From: a virus
Taxonomy: Duplodnaviria; Heunggongvirae; Uroviricota; Caudoviricetes
Reading direction: 5' to 3' (one strand)
Virus record (IMG/VR): IMGVR_UViG_3300035492_000044
Location: 46,179 to 110,178 of that record
Length of the DNA stretch: 64,000 nt
The position numbers and the translations under genes were made by a program. The notes beneath the pieces are model-generated. The model ran no database searches. It saw nothing but the letters and a program-made list of their open reading frames with translations, and had not been told where the DNA came from. Positions 37,987 to 47,186 of this stretch are shown piece by piece (position 1 is the first letter of the stretch; each line of letters starts with the position of its first letter).

Positions 37987-38240
37987 GGGCTGATCTGGAT
38001 TCGACATTGTGCGTAGTGAATAGAGGCAGCACAGGTAGATGACTGCCTGAAGTTGAGCCACCTTGCGGAAGGTCTGGGCTCAGCTGAAATAGCATAAATC
38101 AAGTAACTGCCAACGATGAATCGTTCGCACCTCTGGCTCTGGTTGCTTAAGTAACCTGATGCTGGTCGGGTATCTTCGGATCGCTCTCCTGCTATAGCTA
38201 ATACCTATAGTTGCCTCGGAACAGAAAGAGAGCACCTATT
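37987..38240 (+). ncRNA. ssrA: tmRNA coding piece (5' acceptor strand GGGGCTGATCTGGATTCGAC..., tag ORF ANDESFAPLALVA-stop)
   Basis: 'GGGGCTGATCTGGATTCGAC' at 37987 matches the tmRNA 5' end 'GGGGCUGAUUCUGGAUUCGAC'. Tag frame 'GCC AAC GAT GAA TCG TTC GCA CCT CTG GCT CTG GTT GCT TAA' at 38109-38150. Lies downstream of the CCA end, so the gene is circularly permuted. 3' boundary approximate. Confidence 0.7.
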
Positions 38241-38257
38241 TCATTAGTGAGGACTAA

Positions 38258-38467
38258 ATGGAACATCACATCCTTAATCTCACTGCCCAGAAGGGTCGCC
38301 TGTATTACTACCAGGGTAATTTCTACCATCCGCTTGATCTGGTAGGTAACTCGGTAGGTCTAGTGAAGAGAGGAATTCGAGAGTTCCTCGCTAAGAATAA
38401 AGATATGGTAGCTCGTGACAGAGCTAGCCCAGACTACAAGACTCTGGTTGAATTATCAGGTCTTTAA
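38258..38467 (+). CDS. hypothetical small protein
   Basis: ORF within the tRNA island. Confidence 0.3.
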   Translation: MEHHILNLTAQKGRLYYYQGNFYHPLDLVGNSVGLVKRGIREFLAKNKDMVARDRASPDYKTLVELSGL

Positions 38468-38570
38468 CTAATCCTGTCGTTGGGACTACCCAGTAGCCAT
38501 GAACTTCTGGGCGTCAGTAGAAGATACTGGACCAGTACGAAACCTGGTAATAATTAATTAGGAGAGCAGC

Positions 38571-38774
38571 ATGATGCTATCTGAGTTGGGTCAACGTATC
38601 TTGGCCCACTATGTTGAAAGACGTAGCGGTAAGTCGGGTAACTACATCCCTACTGACTGTGATCGTAAAGCAGCTCAACTAGCTGCTGAGAATACCACGG
38701 ATCATCTACGTGGAGCTACTGTTATGGCTCGGATGTATGATGACAAGCTTGCTGGTAAGGCTCCTATTAAGTAG
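38571..38774 (+). CDS. hypothetical small protein
   Basis: ORF with RBS 'ggagag'. Confidence 0.3.
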   Translation: MMLSELGQRILAHYVERRSGKSGNYIPTDCDRKAAQLAAENTTDHLRGATVMARMYDDKLAGKAPIK

Positions 38775-38917
38775 GAGCCGACTCGTACTTTCTGATGAGT
38801 AGCCCGAGTATAAAAGGCACGAAACTGTAATAGTCAAAGAGCCACTGATGGTGGCCAGTTAGTAACTCACACTGTAGCTAACTGAATTACGTTTGCAGAG
38901 GACCGTCAATCTGAAGC

Positions 38918-39625
38918 ATGAAGTGTACGCCTATGGTACTGACACTACCTTGGAAGTTGTACTGTGCTGGCGCTATACCAGCACTTAATACAGTGCAGCC
39001 TACAATCTATTCTTGCCTCGAACTGGATGAGTCCACAGAGGATGCGCACTTGAGTAGATTGTGGGAAGTACTGGAGATAATCATGACCAGAGAAGATTTA
39101 ATAAATCTATCCAAGATACCTCCTTCAAATATATCAGTAGCAAAGTCTCTTGAAGCTAGAGGTTATCCATATTATGGTAACCTAAAATCTTCATATCCGA
39201 TTCATTGGGCCAGCTTCTCTGCTATGCACGGAAGAGTTAGAGATTTTGGCCTTGATTGTGATTTTCCTAGAAATGTGGATGGATTTATTGATTTTATCCT
39301 TTATGTCGGACCTGTTCCTGGAGATATGATTAGGCCAACTCTTGGTAGATCAGATCATTCAATTGGGTACTTAAAGGGTAATTTTAAGTGGCAGGAGTCC
39401 AGTGATAATACATCGGAGTCTGCTACAAGAAACAAGACTGTAGTCAAGATTCAAGAGTGTCGTTTAAATAGGTTGGAAGACCTAGTAAGTAGTCTAGGGG
39501 ATAAAGTTGAAATAGACTCCTTATTTACGACCTCTCACTTTAGATATAAGAAGGATTTGTACAGGCTACTTAGAAGTAGGGGATATAAAATATCTTCTGA
39601 CTATAAAGTAGCTAGTAAAGTTTAA
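38918..39625 (+). CDS. HNH homing endonuclease (paralog 1)
   Basis: 'LGRSDHSIGYLKGNFKWQ' resembles the HNH 'RIDNxxGYxxxNxRW' motif; AT-rich codon usage differs from the neighbours; embedded between tRNAs. Confidence 0.5.
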   Translation: MKCTPMVLTLPWKLYCAGAIPALNTVQPTIYSCLELDESTEDAHLSRLWEVLEIIMTREDLINLSKIPPSNISVAKSLEARGYPYYGNLKSSYPIHWASFSAMHGRVRDFGLDCDFPRNVDGFIDFILYVGPVPGDMIRPTLGRSDHSIGYLKGNFKWQESSDNTSESATRNKTVVKIQECRLNRLEDLVSSLGDKVEIDSLFTTSHFRYKKDLYRLLRSRGYKISSDYKVASKV

Positions 39626-39626
39626 T

Positions 39627-39716
39627 GGAGAGTTGGCCGAGTGGTTTAAGGCACCTGACTTGAAATCAGACGGATCAGCAATGGTCCCCAGGGTTCGAAT
39701 CCCTGGCTCTCCACCA
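39627..39716 (+). tRNA. tRNA-Ser (anticodon TGA), type II
   Basis: Acceptor GGAGAG../..CTCTCC, long variable arm, loop CTTGAAA, GGTTCGAATCC T-arm, CCA. Confidence 0.7.
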
Positions 39717-40045
39717 TATTGACCTAAGAAGATTACACTCATCATGGGTGGGATTAGCCTCTTATCTTCTTGGTCAATATTCTCTGTTACTCACAAGTAC
39801 CTTAACTAACAACTGCACAGACGTTAGCCAACCAGATGTGAGTAATCGAGGTTCCACTCTCATTCCGAGAGTGTTGATAAGGGGGTGATCCTTATCTCCG
39901 GCTGCAGCTACGGATACTGCAGAAAGGCTAGTTAATGTCGTGAGACATCGACAGGCCTACCGTTGTACCAGAGGCGAATAGGGTAGCTCCCGTTCCAGCA
40001 CTGCTTTGCTGGATAGCCTCTTCTTATACCTAAGCAGAGGTTAGT

Positions 40046-40585
40046 ATGAACATACCTGAAATAAAATATGATACCGAGTACCTAATAAAAATAGCTTTCC
40101 ATAATTTTGATTTATGGAGCCATCACGAGCAAATGGCCGTTAAGTCTATGGAAGCTAGAGGTATTCCATGTTATGGTTTATTACCTAAAATGTTTCCGAT
40201 TCATCGGAACCGTTTTAGAAATATGCATAATAGAATAGACGAACAGTGTTTAGAGACTTCGTTTAAAAGAGATTTAGAAGGTTTTGCTAAATTTGTGGAA
40301 TATCTTGGACCAGTTCCTACTGAAATGAAAGTCCCGTCTTTAGGAAGAATCGATCATTCTAAAGGTTATGTAATAGGCAACTTTACATGGCAGGAACTTA
40401 GAGATAATATAGAAGAAATGGCCAATAGAACCAAGTCTTCAGATAATAAGTTCTGGGTAAACAGCCCAGGATGCACAGGTTATAGATGGTATAACGACGG
40501 ACAGACTGAATTCTTTCTGAGAGAAAATAATCCTTTAATTGAAGACGCTGGTCTAGTTAGAGGTCGGTTTTCTAATCGACGTTAA
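40046..40585 (+). CDS. HNH homing endonuclease (paralog 2)
   Basis: 'SLGRIDHSKGYVIGNFTWQ' HNH motif; clear paralogy to 38918-39625 ('EARGIPCYG', 'LGPVPTEMKVPSLGR'). Confidence 0.55.
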   Translation: MNIPEIKYDTEYLIKIAFHNFDLWSHHEQMAVKSMEARGIPCYGLLPKMFPIHRNRFRNMHNRIDEQCLETSFKRDLEGFAKFVEYLGPVPTEMKVPSLGRIDHSKGYVIGNFTWQELRDNIEEMANRTKSSDNKFWVNSPGCTGYRWYNDGQTEFFLRENNPLIEDAGLVRGRFSNRR

Positions 40586-40638
40586 TCCATCAGAAGCCAC
40601 TAATGCTGTGGAAAACTCTGCAAAAATTTAGGTGACTT

Positions 40639-40932
40639 ATGAATAAGGTAGTTAGATTCCTTAATGCCATTCGTAGGTCACACCCAGATATGGTCGAGTT
40701 GTATACTCAGGGCCAATGCTACAACTTCCATCTTATCCTCCGAGAGGTCTTCCCAGATGCTGTTGCCTGGTATGACCCAGTTGAGGGCCATGTGTACTCC
40801 AAGATTGGAGACTGCTGGTACGATATAAGAGGAAGACATTTCAAACTGGATCCACGAGCTAGTATTCTGGATCATCGTATGTCCGACAAACCTCATCGCT
40901 GGGGTGGACGTGATAGAAGAAGACTAAGGTGA
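40639..40932 (+). CDS. hypothetical protein
   Basis: ORF. Confidence 0.4.
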   Translation: MNKVVRFLNAIRRSHPDMVELYTQGQCYNFHLILREVFPDAVAWYDPVEGHVYSKIGDCWYDIRGRHFKLDPRASILDHRMSDKPHRWGGRDRRRLR

Positions 40933-40935
40933 GTT

Positions 40936-41502
40936 ATGGCTCGTAAATCATTCAAGGACATGACCCAGTTTCAAGTAGGCCAGCACTTCTGTGAATGTGA
41001 TCTAGGCCAGGTACTCGAGTTCGCTATCACTACCGAACCTGTAGTTAAGGACGTGGATGGTCGACGCCAGATTACCTGGACAGGTCGTGACGTGAAGACT
41101 CAGCGGGATATTGAGTATCTCGTTACTGAGGGCTTCGAACATTATGGCCCTAAGATCTACGACCCAGCTGACATGTTCAGCCCAGAGGATGTAGCTCTTG
41201 CTCTCCGACAGTTGCGCCAGTCTCCTAATGTCCTTCAGAAGGTCGAGGTAGATCCTGGTGCACCTGGTGGTGATGAGACGGTAGTTAGCTGTATAGTTCC
41301 TATTAATGGAAAAGATCATCACCTAGTCCTACCGGTTACATTGCATTATCGTGGTATCTGCAGACTGGCTGGATATAATGACGACAGACTGTACACCATT
41401 ACCTACGTCTCTCAGCAAGGTAGTGGTATAGTCGGGCCTAATGACTCTCTCCAGATTACAGCTGGTACAAAGATAAATGTGGCATTGACCAACAATGCAT
41501 AA
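40936..41502 (+). CDS. hypothetical protein
   Basis: ORF. Confidence 0.4.
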   Translation: MARKSFKDMTQFQVGQHFCECDLGQVLEFAITTEPVVKDVDGRRQITWTGRDVKTQRDIEYLVTEGFEHYGPKIYDPADMFSPEDVALALRQLRQSPNVLQKVEVDPGAPGGDETVVSCIVPINGKDHHLVLPVTLHYRGICRLAGYNDDRLYTITYVSQQGSGIVGPNDSLQITAGTKINVALTNNA

Positions 41503-41546
41503 CGACTTCCAGATAGTCCGAAACCCTGTTAGGGTGGAAGTCGGAA

Positions 41547-41888
41547 ATGGAGAGAGTTATGCTTGGTAAACCCATGAAGTCGATTAAGGTTCAATATGAG
41601 CCTGGCTGGAATGGTGGAACTTGGTCTGTAGTCAGTCGGAAGATTGATGCAGTATCTAAAGTCCACGATCTTCCTATGGATGTCAAGGTCAAGATACGGG
41701 GTATCCTAATCGACGCCTGTAAATCTACTCGAAAGGGTACTGACTATGACATGGGCCATCAGTACGACTGGGAATCCTGGGACCTGACTCTTAAGGTCAA
41801 GACTGAACTGGGTGTAATGGAGTTCAGTTTCTATGAGTATGCCCAGAAGCATCCTCGAGTCAAGACCTGGGAGATCTTCTACGAATAA
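41547..41888 (+). CDS. hypothetical protein
   Basis: ORF after class-B motif 41503. Confidence 0.4.
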   Translation: MERVMLGKPMKSIKVQYEPGWNGGTWSVVSRKIDAVSKVHDLPMDVKVKIRGILIDACKSTRKGTDYDMGHQYDWESWDLTLKVKTELGVMEFSFYEYAQKHPRVKTWEIFYE

Positions 41889-41966
41889 GGGCCTCTAGCA
41901 TAACTGGTAAATGCGTCCGGCTCATAACCGGAGGACAGATCGGTTCGAATCCGACGGGGCCCACCA
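41889..41966 (+). tRNA. tRNA-Met/Ile2 (anticodon CAT)
   Basis: Acceptor GGGCCTC/GGGGCCC, stem TCCGG/CCGGA with loop CTCATAA, GGTTCGAATCC T-arm, CCA. G1-C72 pair means it is not an initiator. Confidence 0.75.
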
Positions 41967-42484
41967 CACATCCTTGTCAAAAGTGCCTACTGGGAACAAA
42001 TAATCCAAGAGGCTGGAATGGCGTAATGGCCTACTGCACACATGTTGACCCGAATGTGTTAAGACATGAAATAATCGGGTCCTGAATCTAAATAACACGA
42101 GGTGTGTATTATGTTGCTAGCAGCCTACTGCGCTGCGGTGATTATGATGCATACTCAGATTCCAACGATAGACATCTGCACTGCGCCGTCTCTGTACGCC
42201 GCTCCTGATGTCATTCTGCGGAATATCGTGCAACCTGCCATAGTCAAATTATCCTCACCTGATAAGAAGACTATTGGTGTTTTCATAATCGACCTGACTA
42301 TCCCGGGACCTGTCGAGGTATTCCGGGACATGGCTAGACGGCCAACTAATAGTACGGATCGAATATGAAGCTCGGGTTGTCGCTGAGTGAGCAGCTAATC
42401 CCGCCAGCAAATTATCATGAAGGTCAGATACTTATCCCCCATATCCGTGTAGCTATGGCAGGGTGAGATAAGTCAGTGCCTAGT

Positions 42485-42510
42485 AAAAGCCCGCTCAGTG
42501 CGGGCTTTTA
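42485..42510 (+). terminator. rho-independent terminator (AAAAGCCCGC..GCGGGCTTTT)
   Basis: Perfect bidirectional-type hairpin flanked by A and T runs. Confidence 0.8.
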
Positions 42511-42688
42511 TGTAGTCATCATAGTAGTCCACTATCACACGTACTGACCATCTCTTCATCTCGAAGGTAGGTGCCGTTAGTAGAGTCGGACTAAGTAGCT
42601 CATTAATGAGACCACCGATTCCAGGAGTACCCATTGAATGGTACTTGATAGTGGACTCCTATGATGATTCCTACTGAGGAAGTGTAGT

Positions 42689-42880
42689 ATGAACGGTGAG
42701 ACTCTGGTACAGAAGTACCGTAAAGCTATCGCCAGTTATTATGCAGAGGTTGAGAAGGTAGACCGGTGCCGTCGTCTCAACCTCCGTCATAAGGACAAGC
42801 GTGACCTTATTAAGGTCAAGGTAGCTAAACTCAAGAAGCAACTGGATCAACAAGCTAAGGGTGTGGTAATCAAACCATGA
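42689..42880 (+). CDS. small basic protein
   Basis: ORF translationally coupled to the dUTPase gene. Confidence 0.35.
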   Translation: MNGETLVQKYRKAIASYYAEVEKVDRCRRLNLRHKDKRDLIKVKVAKLKKQLDQQAKGVVIKP

Positions 42881-43581
42881 ATGAAGCACAACTACGTACA
42901 ATGCTAGGTCTGCAATATGACCTGAACAAGGCCATCTTCCCAGACTTCCTGGAACGTAAGCTACCGTACTATCGAGCTACCTGGATCGAAGCAGGTGAGC
43001 TGATGGACCACGTAGGTTACAAGTGGTGGAAGAAGCGTAATGATGACCTGAGTCAGGCTCGCCTGGAACTGGTTGACATGTGGCACTTCATCCTCAGTGA
43101 ACTGATGGTCGGTGCTTATGTACTGATCAAGACCACTGATCGTGACCGCATCATCGAGACTGCTATCGATATGGTGCTCGATGACGTTACCTCTGAGATG
43201 GGTGTCATTGAGGGTGTCGATGTACTCGACCTGATCGAGCAGTTCACCTGTAATCTCCTCCAGACTCGTCTTGGTCAGGGAGCTAACTTCTGCAGTGACA
43301 TCAGTATGTTCCGTCAACTGTGCCTGACTCTGGGCCTGACTGATGAGCAGCTGTTCCTGCAGTATATCGGCAAGAATACCCTGAATCACTTCCGTCAGCA
43401 ACATGGGTACAAAGAAGGTACCTATCGGAAGAATACCTGGGGTATGTCGTCCAATCAGGAAGACAATGAATTCCTGACCGACGTCCTGAATGCATATCAG
43501 GAACAGCTGCTGAGCTCCAATCCGGAAGAGGTCTCGGAGAAGGTATATGACCTGCTCCGGATCAACTATCCGAAGATGTAA
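42877..43581 (+). CDS. All-alpha (dimeric-type) dUTPase/dCTPase, T4 gp56-like NTP pyrophosphatase
   Basis: 'YYRATWIEAGELMDHVGYKWWKK' and 'ARLELVDMWHFILS' are hallmark motifs of dimeric dUTPase/dCTPase. Confidence 0.7.
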   Translation: MNEAQLRTMLGLQYDLNKAIFPDFLERKLPYYRATWIEAGELMDHVGYKWWKKRNDDLSQARLELVDMWHFILSELMVGAYVLIKTTDRDRIIETAIDMVLDDVTSEMGVIEGVDVLDLIEQFTCNLLQTRLGQGANFCSDISMFRQLCLTLGLTDEQLFLQYIGKNTLNHFRQQHGYKEGTYRKNTWGMSSNQEDNEFLTDVLNAYQEQLLSSNPEEVSEKVYDLLRINYPKM

Positions 43582-43590
43582 GTGAAGATA

Positions 43591-43626
43591 GGGTAGATTC
43601 CTCACGGGGTCTACCCTATTTATTTA
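43591..43626 (+). terminator. rho-independent terminator (GGGTAGA..TCTACCC + TATTTATTT)
   Basis: Hairpin + T-run after the dUTPase gene, immediately before class-B motif 43638. Confidence 0.65.
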
Positions 43627-43697
43627 CCTATTTATTCCGACGTTTATGTGCTTCGAAACCCTGTTAGGGTGTAGGTTGTTCAACGTGAGGTATAACC

Positions 43698-44438
43698 ATG
43701 TCAAGTAAGAAACACTCAGTAGTGTTTACTGGACCTCAGGGATCTGGTAAGACTACTCTCGCACAAGCCTGGAGTCAGCACTACGATGTACCGTATGCTG
43801 GTATTGAGACTCGCAAGTTCCTACCACCAGGTATCAAGAGCCATCTGGACGTACTGAGTCTCGCAGTAAACGAGCCTGACTCTGGTATCTCATTCCAGGA
43901 GAATCTCATCCGCAAGAGAGCCGAACTATTCAAGGATCTCCGGGATACTAAGAAAGTGTATACTAGTGATCGAGCTGTCATTGATAGCTTCGTCTACTAC
44001 GCTATGCACAACTCGATGTTCTCCTCTGCTGAGAAGAGTAAGGAACTCGAAGAGATCACTCGTGAGGCTCTGTGCTACCCAGATATCACGATCATGCTCT
44101 ACCCATCGTCCATCCAGATCGCTGATGACGGTGTTCGTATTCACAGTAGCCCATACTACTCTGCATTCGGCGCTACTATGAACTACGTAATGAATGCCAT
44201 GCTGCGAGAGAAGACATCTCCTGATCTTCCTCCTGTCCAGATTACTATCAGTGACAAGCTGACTGTTCAAGTGGCAGTAACGACAGAAGGTAGTCTGGTA
44301 GCATTCTTCCTGGAGAATAATGGATTCTCTAGCATGGAAGATCGTATTGCTGGAGTCGAGTGGCTTACTCACTTCAAGAGTAATCCGAAGGCTACCTATG
44401 GTAACCACTATCCTGTCAATGTTCAGACTGTTCACTGA
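43698..44438 (+). CDS. Deoxynucleoside/deoxynucleotide kinase-like P-loop kinase
   Basis: Walker A 'FTGPQGSGKTTLA' and dNK-type 'TSDRAVIDSFVYY' (ERS-like) motif. Confidence 0.6.
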   Translation: MSSKKHSVVFTGPQGSGKTTLAQAWSQHYDVPYAGIETRKFLPPGIKSHLDVLSLAVNEPDSGISFQENLIRKRAELFKDLRDTKKVYTSDRAVIDSFVYYAMHNSMFSSAEKSKELEEITREALCYPDITIMLYPSSIQIADDGVRIHSSPYYSAFGATMNYVMNAMLREKTSPDLPPVQITISDKLTVQVAVTTEGSLVAFFLENNGFSSMEDRIAGVEWLTHFKSNPKATYGNHYPVNVQTVH

Positions 44439-44449
44439 GAGTTCATCCC

Positions 44450-45514
44450 ATGCACGTAGTAAAGGCACGTGGCATTAATGATGCCGTCAAGCAACTGATC
44501 CATGATGTTCACCATTTCGGTACTGAGACTAAGTCCGATAAGGGGACAGTGAAGGAAATCAATCGTCTACTACTGGAGATCGAGCGGCCTGTCAATCGAT
44601 ATCTGTGCATCCCTGGACGTAAGAACAACATCTACGCCATGATCGCCGAGACCATGTGGGTACTGTCAGGCACCAATCTGATTGAACCATTGCTGTCGGC
44701 AGTTCTCCCAAGAGCTAAGGACTTTAGTGATGATGGAGTTTCCTGGAGAGCTGGCTACGGTCCTCGACTCTATAAGGATGGGCAGCTCGATACTGCTATT
44801 AATCGTCTTAGGAAGTCACCTGCTACTCGCCAGTCTGTTATCTCGATTTACGATCCTGCTCTTGATACCGATAGTGCAATTCACGCGCAGCTTGGTGTAT
44901 CTGCTAGTAAGGATGTACCTTGCAACAATATGCTGTATCTCTATACTGACCCTGATAATCGCAATAGACTCAATCTGAGTGTGATTCAGCGCAGTGGTGA
45001 TGCACTATGGGGCTTTGGTAGCATCAATATCTTCGAGTGGTCGTTCCTCCAGGAAGTGGTGGCATCTGTTCTGGGTATGGATGTGGGTACTTACGCCCAC
45101 TACTGCAACAATACCCATATCTACTACGACAAGCCGGTAGTGCTCCGCCAAGTCCAGGATATCGTCGCCAATACTGATGCCGTATCGCCGAATATGGCTA
45201 CTGGAATGCAGATGGACATTGGTGTCATTCACAGTGCTCACGATATCCGCATGTTCTTCAATCTGGTATGCCAGGTTATGGGACGAGTGGCTATCAAAGA
45301 GCTCGACCGTGAAGCAGGCATGTCTGCTATTCGTAATGTCTTCGAGACTTACCGAGTAGCTCGCACTACTAACAAGCTGTGGCACTACTGCGAACTGGTA
45401 GTAGCTCAGTTGACTCCGGAAGAAGAGGAACAGATCGATCTCTCTGGGTATTCTCAGGACTTGATCAATGCTGTATGCTGCAGCACGTTCACTAAGTTCA
45501 AGTACATTATTTAA
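44450..45514 (+). CDS. Thymidylate synthase family enzyme (ThyA or dUMP hydroxymethylase) with ~80 aa C-terminal extension
   Basis: Catalytic Cys 'DVPCNNMLYLY' (vs 'APCHAFFQFYV'), 'IQRSGDALWGFGSINIFEWSF' (vs '[20 protein letters not shown]'). Asn at the pyrimidine-discriminating position suggests a uracil substrate. Confidence 0.85.
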   Translation: MHVVKARGINDAVKQLIHDVHHFGTETKSDKGTVKEINRLLLEIERPVNRYLCIPGRKNNIYAMIAETMWVLSGTNLIEPLLSAVLPRAKDFSDDGVSWRAGYGPRLYKDGQLDTAINRLRKSPATRQSVISIYDPALDTDSAIHAQLGVSASKDVPCNNMLYLYTDPDNRNRLNLSVIQRSGDALWGFGSINIFEWSFLQEVVASVLGMDVGTYAHYCNNTHIYYDKPVVLRQVQDIVANTDAVSPNMATGMQMDIGVIHSAHDIRMFFNLVCQVMGRVAIKELDREAGMSAIRNVFETYRVARTTNKLWHYCELVVAQLTPEEEEQIDLSGYSQDLINAVCCSTFTKFKYII

Positions 45515-45526
45515 GGTAGGTTCGTT

Positions 45527-46192
45527 ATGAGCATTGCTCAGTTAGTTACTTTCATGAAGGAAGTTGATGGTCTCCGATTCACTGGTCGCTGGAATGGCCA
45601 CTTTATGTTCGATCGGAGTAATGTTGCTGAGCACAGCTTCCGGGTAGCATGGTGGGCTAGTCTCATCACCGACACGTACACCACTACCGATCGTGGTGAT
45701 AATACTCCTCTCTGCACAGTGAACGAGCATGAGCTCTACTCCTGTGTCCAGCGTACCATCCTGTCTCACGACATGGCTGAGAAGTACACTGGTGATGTTC
45801 GTCATGACATCAAGCGTGAGTACCCCACTCTGAAGGCAGTGCTGGATGATGTGGAAGAGGATCTCCTCAATCGTGTCATGCCATTCCGGAATAAGGTCAC
45901 TTATAGTGACGAAGTCCGTAAGATCACCAAGGCTATCTACAAGGGAGCTGACATTCTCGACTTCACTCTGGAGGCATTGAAAGAGATGAAGCGTGGTAAT
46001 GAGATCGTCGACTTCCCAGTAGCAGTAGTCCGTGGTCTGGTTCATATCCAGAGCCTTCCAGTCGAGGATGTTTCCTACATCTGCGAGGCTATGTTCTCCT
46101 ACATGCTGAACTCGTACGGTTATGAGTACAATAAACTCCGTGACCAGTACGCCAGTCAAGCTCAGTTCCACACTGATGGCGTTAGTGCCTAA
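45527..46192 (+). CDS. HD-domain phosphohydrolase (YfbR-like 5'-deoxynucleotidase)
   Basis: 'VAEHSFRVA' (H) and 'ILSHDMAE' (HD) motifs. Confidence 0.65.
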   Translation: MSIAQLVTFMKEVDGLRFTGRWNGHFMFDRSNVAEHSFRVAWWASLITDTYTTTDRGDNTPLCTVNEHELYSCVQRTILSHDMAEKYTGDVRHDIKREYPTLKAVLDDVEEDLLNRVMPFRNKVTYSDEVRKITKAIYKGADILDFTLEALKEMKRGNEIVDFPVAVVRGLVHIQSLPVEDVSYICEAMFSYMLNSYGYEYNKLRDQYASQAQFHTDGVSA

Positions 46193-46207
46193 TAAGTTGA
46201 GGTAGGT

Positions 46208-47182
46208 ATGAAGATCGACCTTGCTCGTATGATCAAACAGCCTACTTCAATGTTAGTGAATACTTCCACATTATCGAAGAAGGTGTTTGAGTTCGATCCT
46301 GCTGAACATGAGGTTCATGGCCACAGTAAGAATCACGAGCACTACATCTGTCCGTTGTGTAAGGAAGAACATGGAGATGACTACGCTAAGGTCAAGCTCT
46401 ATTGGAACTACGAGAAGCTAATTGGGTTCTGCTTCATATGTGAACATGTGGCAATCCTCAAGACTGATCGTCCACGCTACGAGGTGGCTCTGACAGTAAT
46501 TCTAAATAGGTTGCTGTCAGACCTCTCTCATAATCCCGAGATTATGGAGCGTGAGCTTAGGAGCTTCAGTGAAATCAATTATTCTGGGATAGCTAAAGCA
46601 CCTACTGATGTAGCGGTCGAGTACTTAGCTCATCGTGTACCTATCTACCCAGACTTACTTGATGTCTTCAGATTCGGAGAGGTGCCGAAGACAGGAGTAA
46701 CTGTACCTGTCTTCATTAATGGCAAGATAGTGTCGTACATCCTCCGGTTCTACAAGCCGCCAGGTAAGATGAAGTACTACCTGCCTGAGAACTCCAAGGT
46801 ATTGTATTCGCCTACTGGGGATCTCTGGATAGGTAAGCATGTCGAAGAGATTACTCTAGTTGAGGGTCCATTCGATGCGATAGCTGCGGCTATTGATGGC
46901 TTCCCTAATCCTATGGCAGTATTTGGCAAGACTATTACTCCATTCCAGACCTATCTGCTTCGCAGTATGGCCCCAGATAAGATTAACTTCTATCTGGACG
47001 AGACTGAGTTATCTCAGAAGATGAGGATGGAAGTACGTGGCCAGTTGCCGACTGTTAGTAGTACTCGTGTAATTAGATCTCCTGGAGACGATCCTGAGGA
47101 GAGGCTATTGTGGAAATTAATGAACTACGGAGACGACTATCTTCAAAAGTTAAGTGAGAATATTCAGAGACTAAAAGGGTAA
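46208..47182 (+). CDS. DNA primase (N-terminal zinc ribbon + TOPRIM)
   Basis: 'CPLCKEEHGDD..CFICEH' Zn ribbon; TOPRIM 'ITLVEGPFDAIAAAIDG'. Confidence 0.6.
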   Translation: MKIDLARMIKQPTSMLVNTSTLSKKVFEFDPAEHEVHGHSKNHEHYICPLCKEEHGDDYAKVKLYWNYEKLIGFCFICEHVAILKTDRPRYEVALTVILNRLLSDLSHNPEIMERELRSFSEINYSGIAKAPTDVAVEYLAHRVPIYPDLLDVFRFGEVPKTGVTVPVFINGKIVSYILRFYKPPGKMKYYLPENSKVLYSPTGDLWIGKHVEEITLVEGPFDAIAAAIDGFPNPMAVFGKTITPFQTYLLRSMAPDKINFYLDETELSQKMRMEVRGQLPTVSSTRVIRSPGDDPEERLLWKLMNYGDDYLQKLSENIQRLKG

Positions 47183-47186
47183 TCTG

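Noticed and set aside
37849-38061. 70 aa minus-strand ORF over the tmRNA region
   Set aside because: Overlaps clear tmRNA T-arm/5' end homology; no coding signal.
45542-46171. 209 aa minus-strand ORF opposite the HD-domain gene
   Set aside because: The + strand carries H..HD motifs; antisense artefact.
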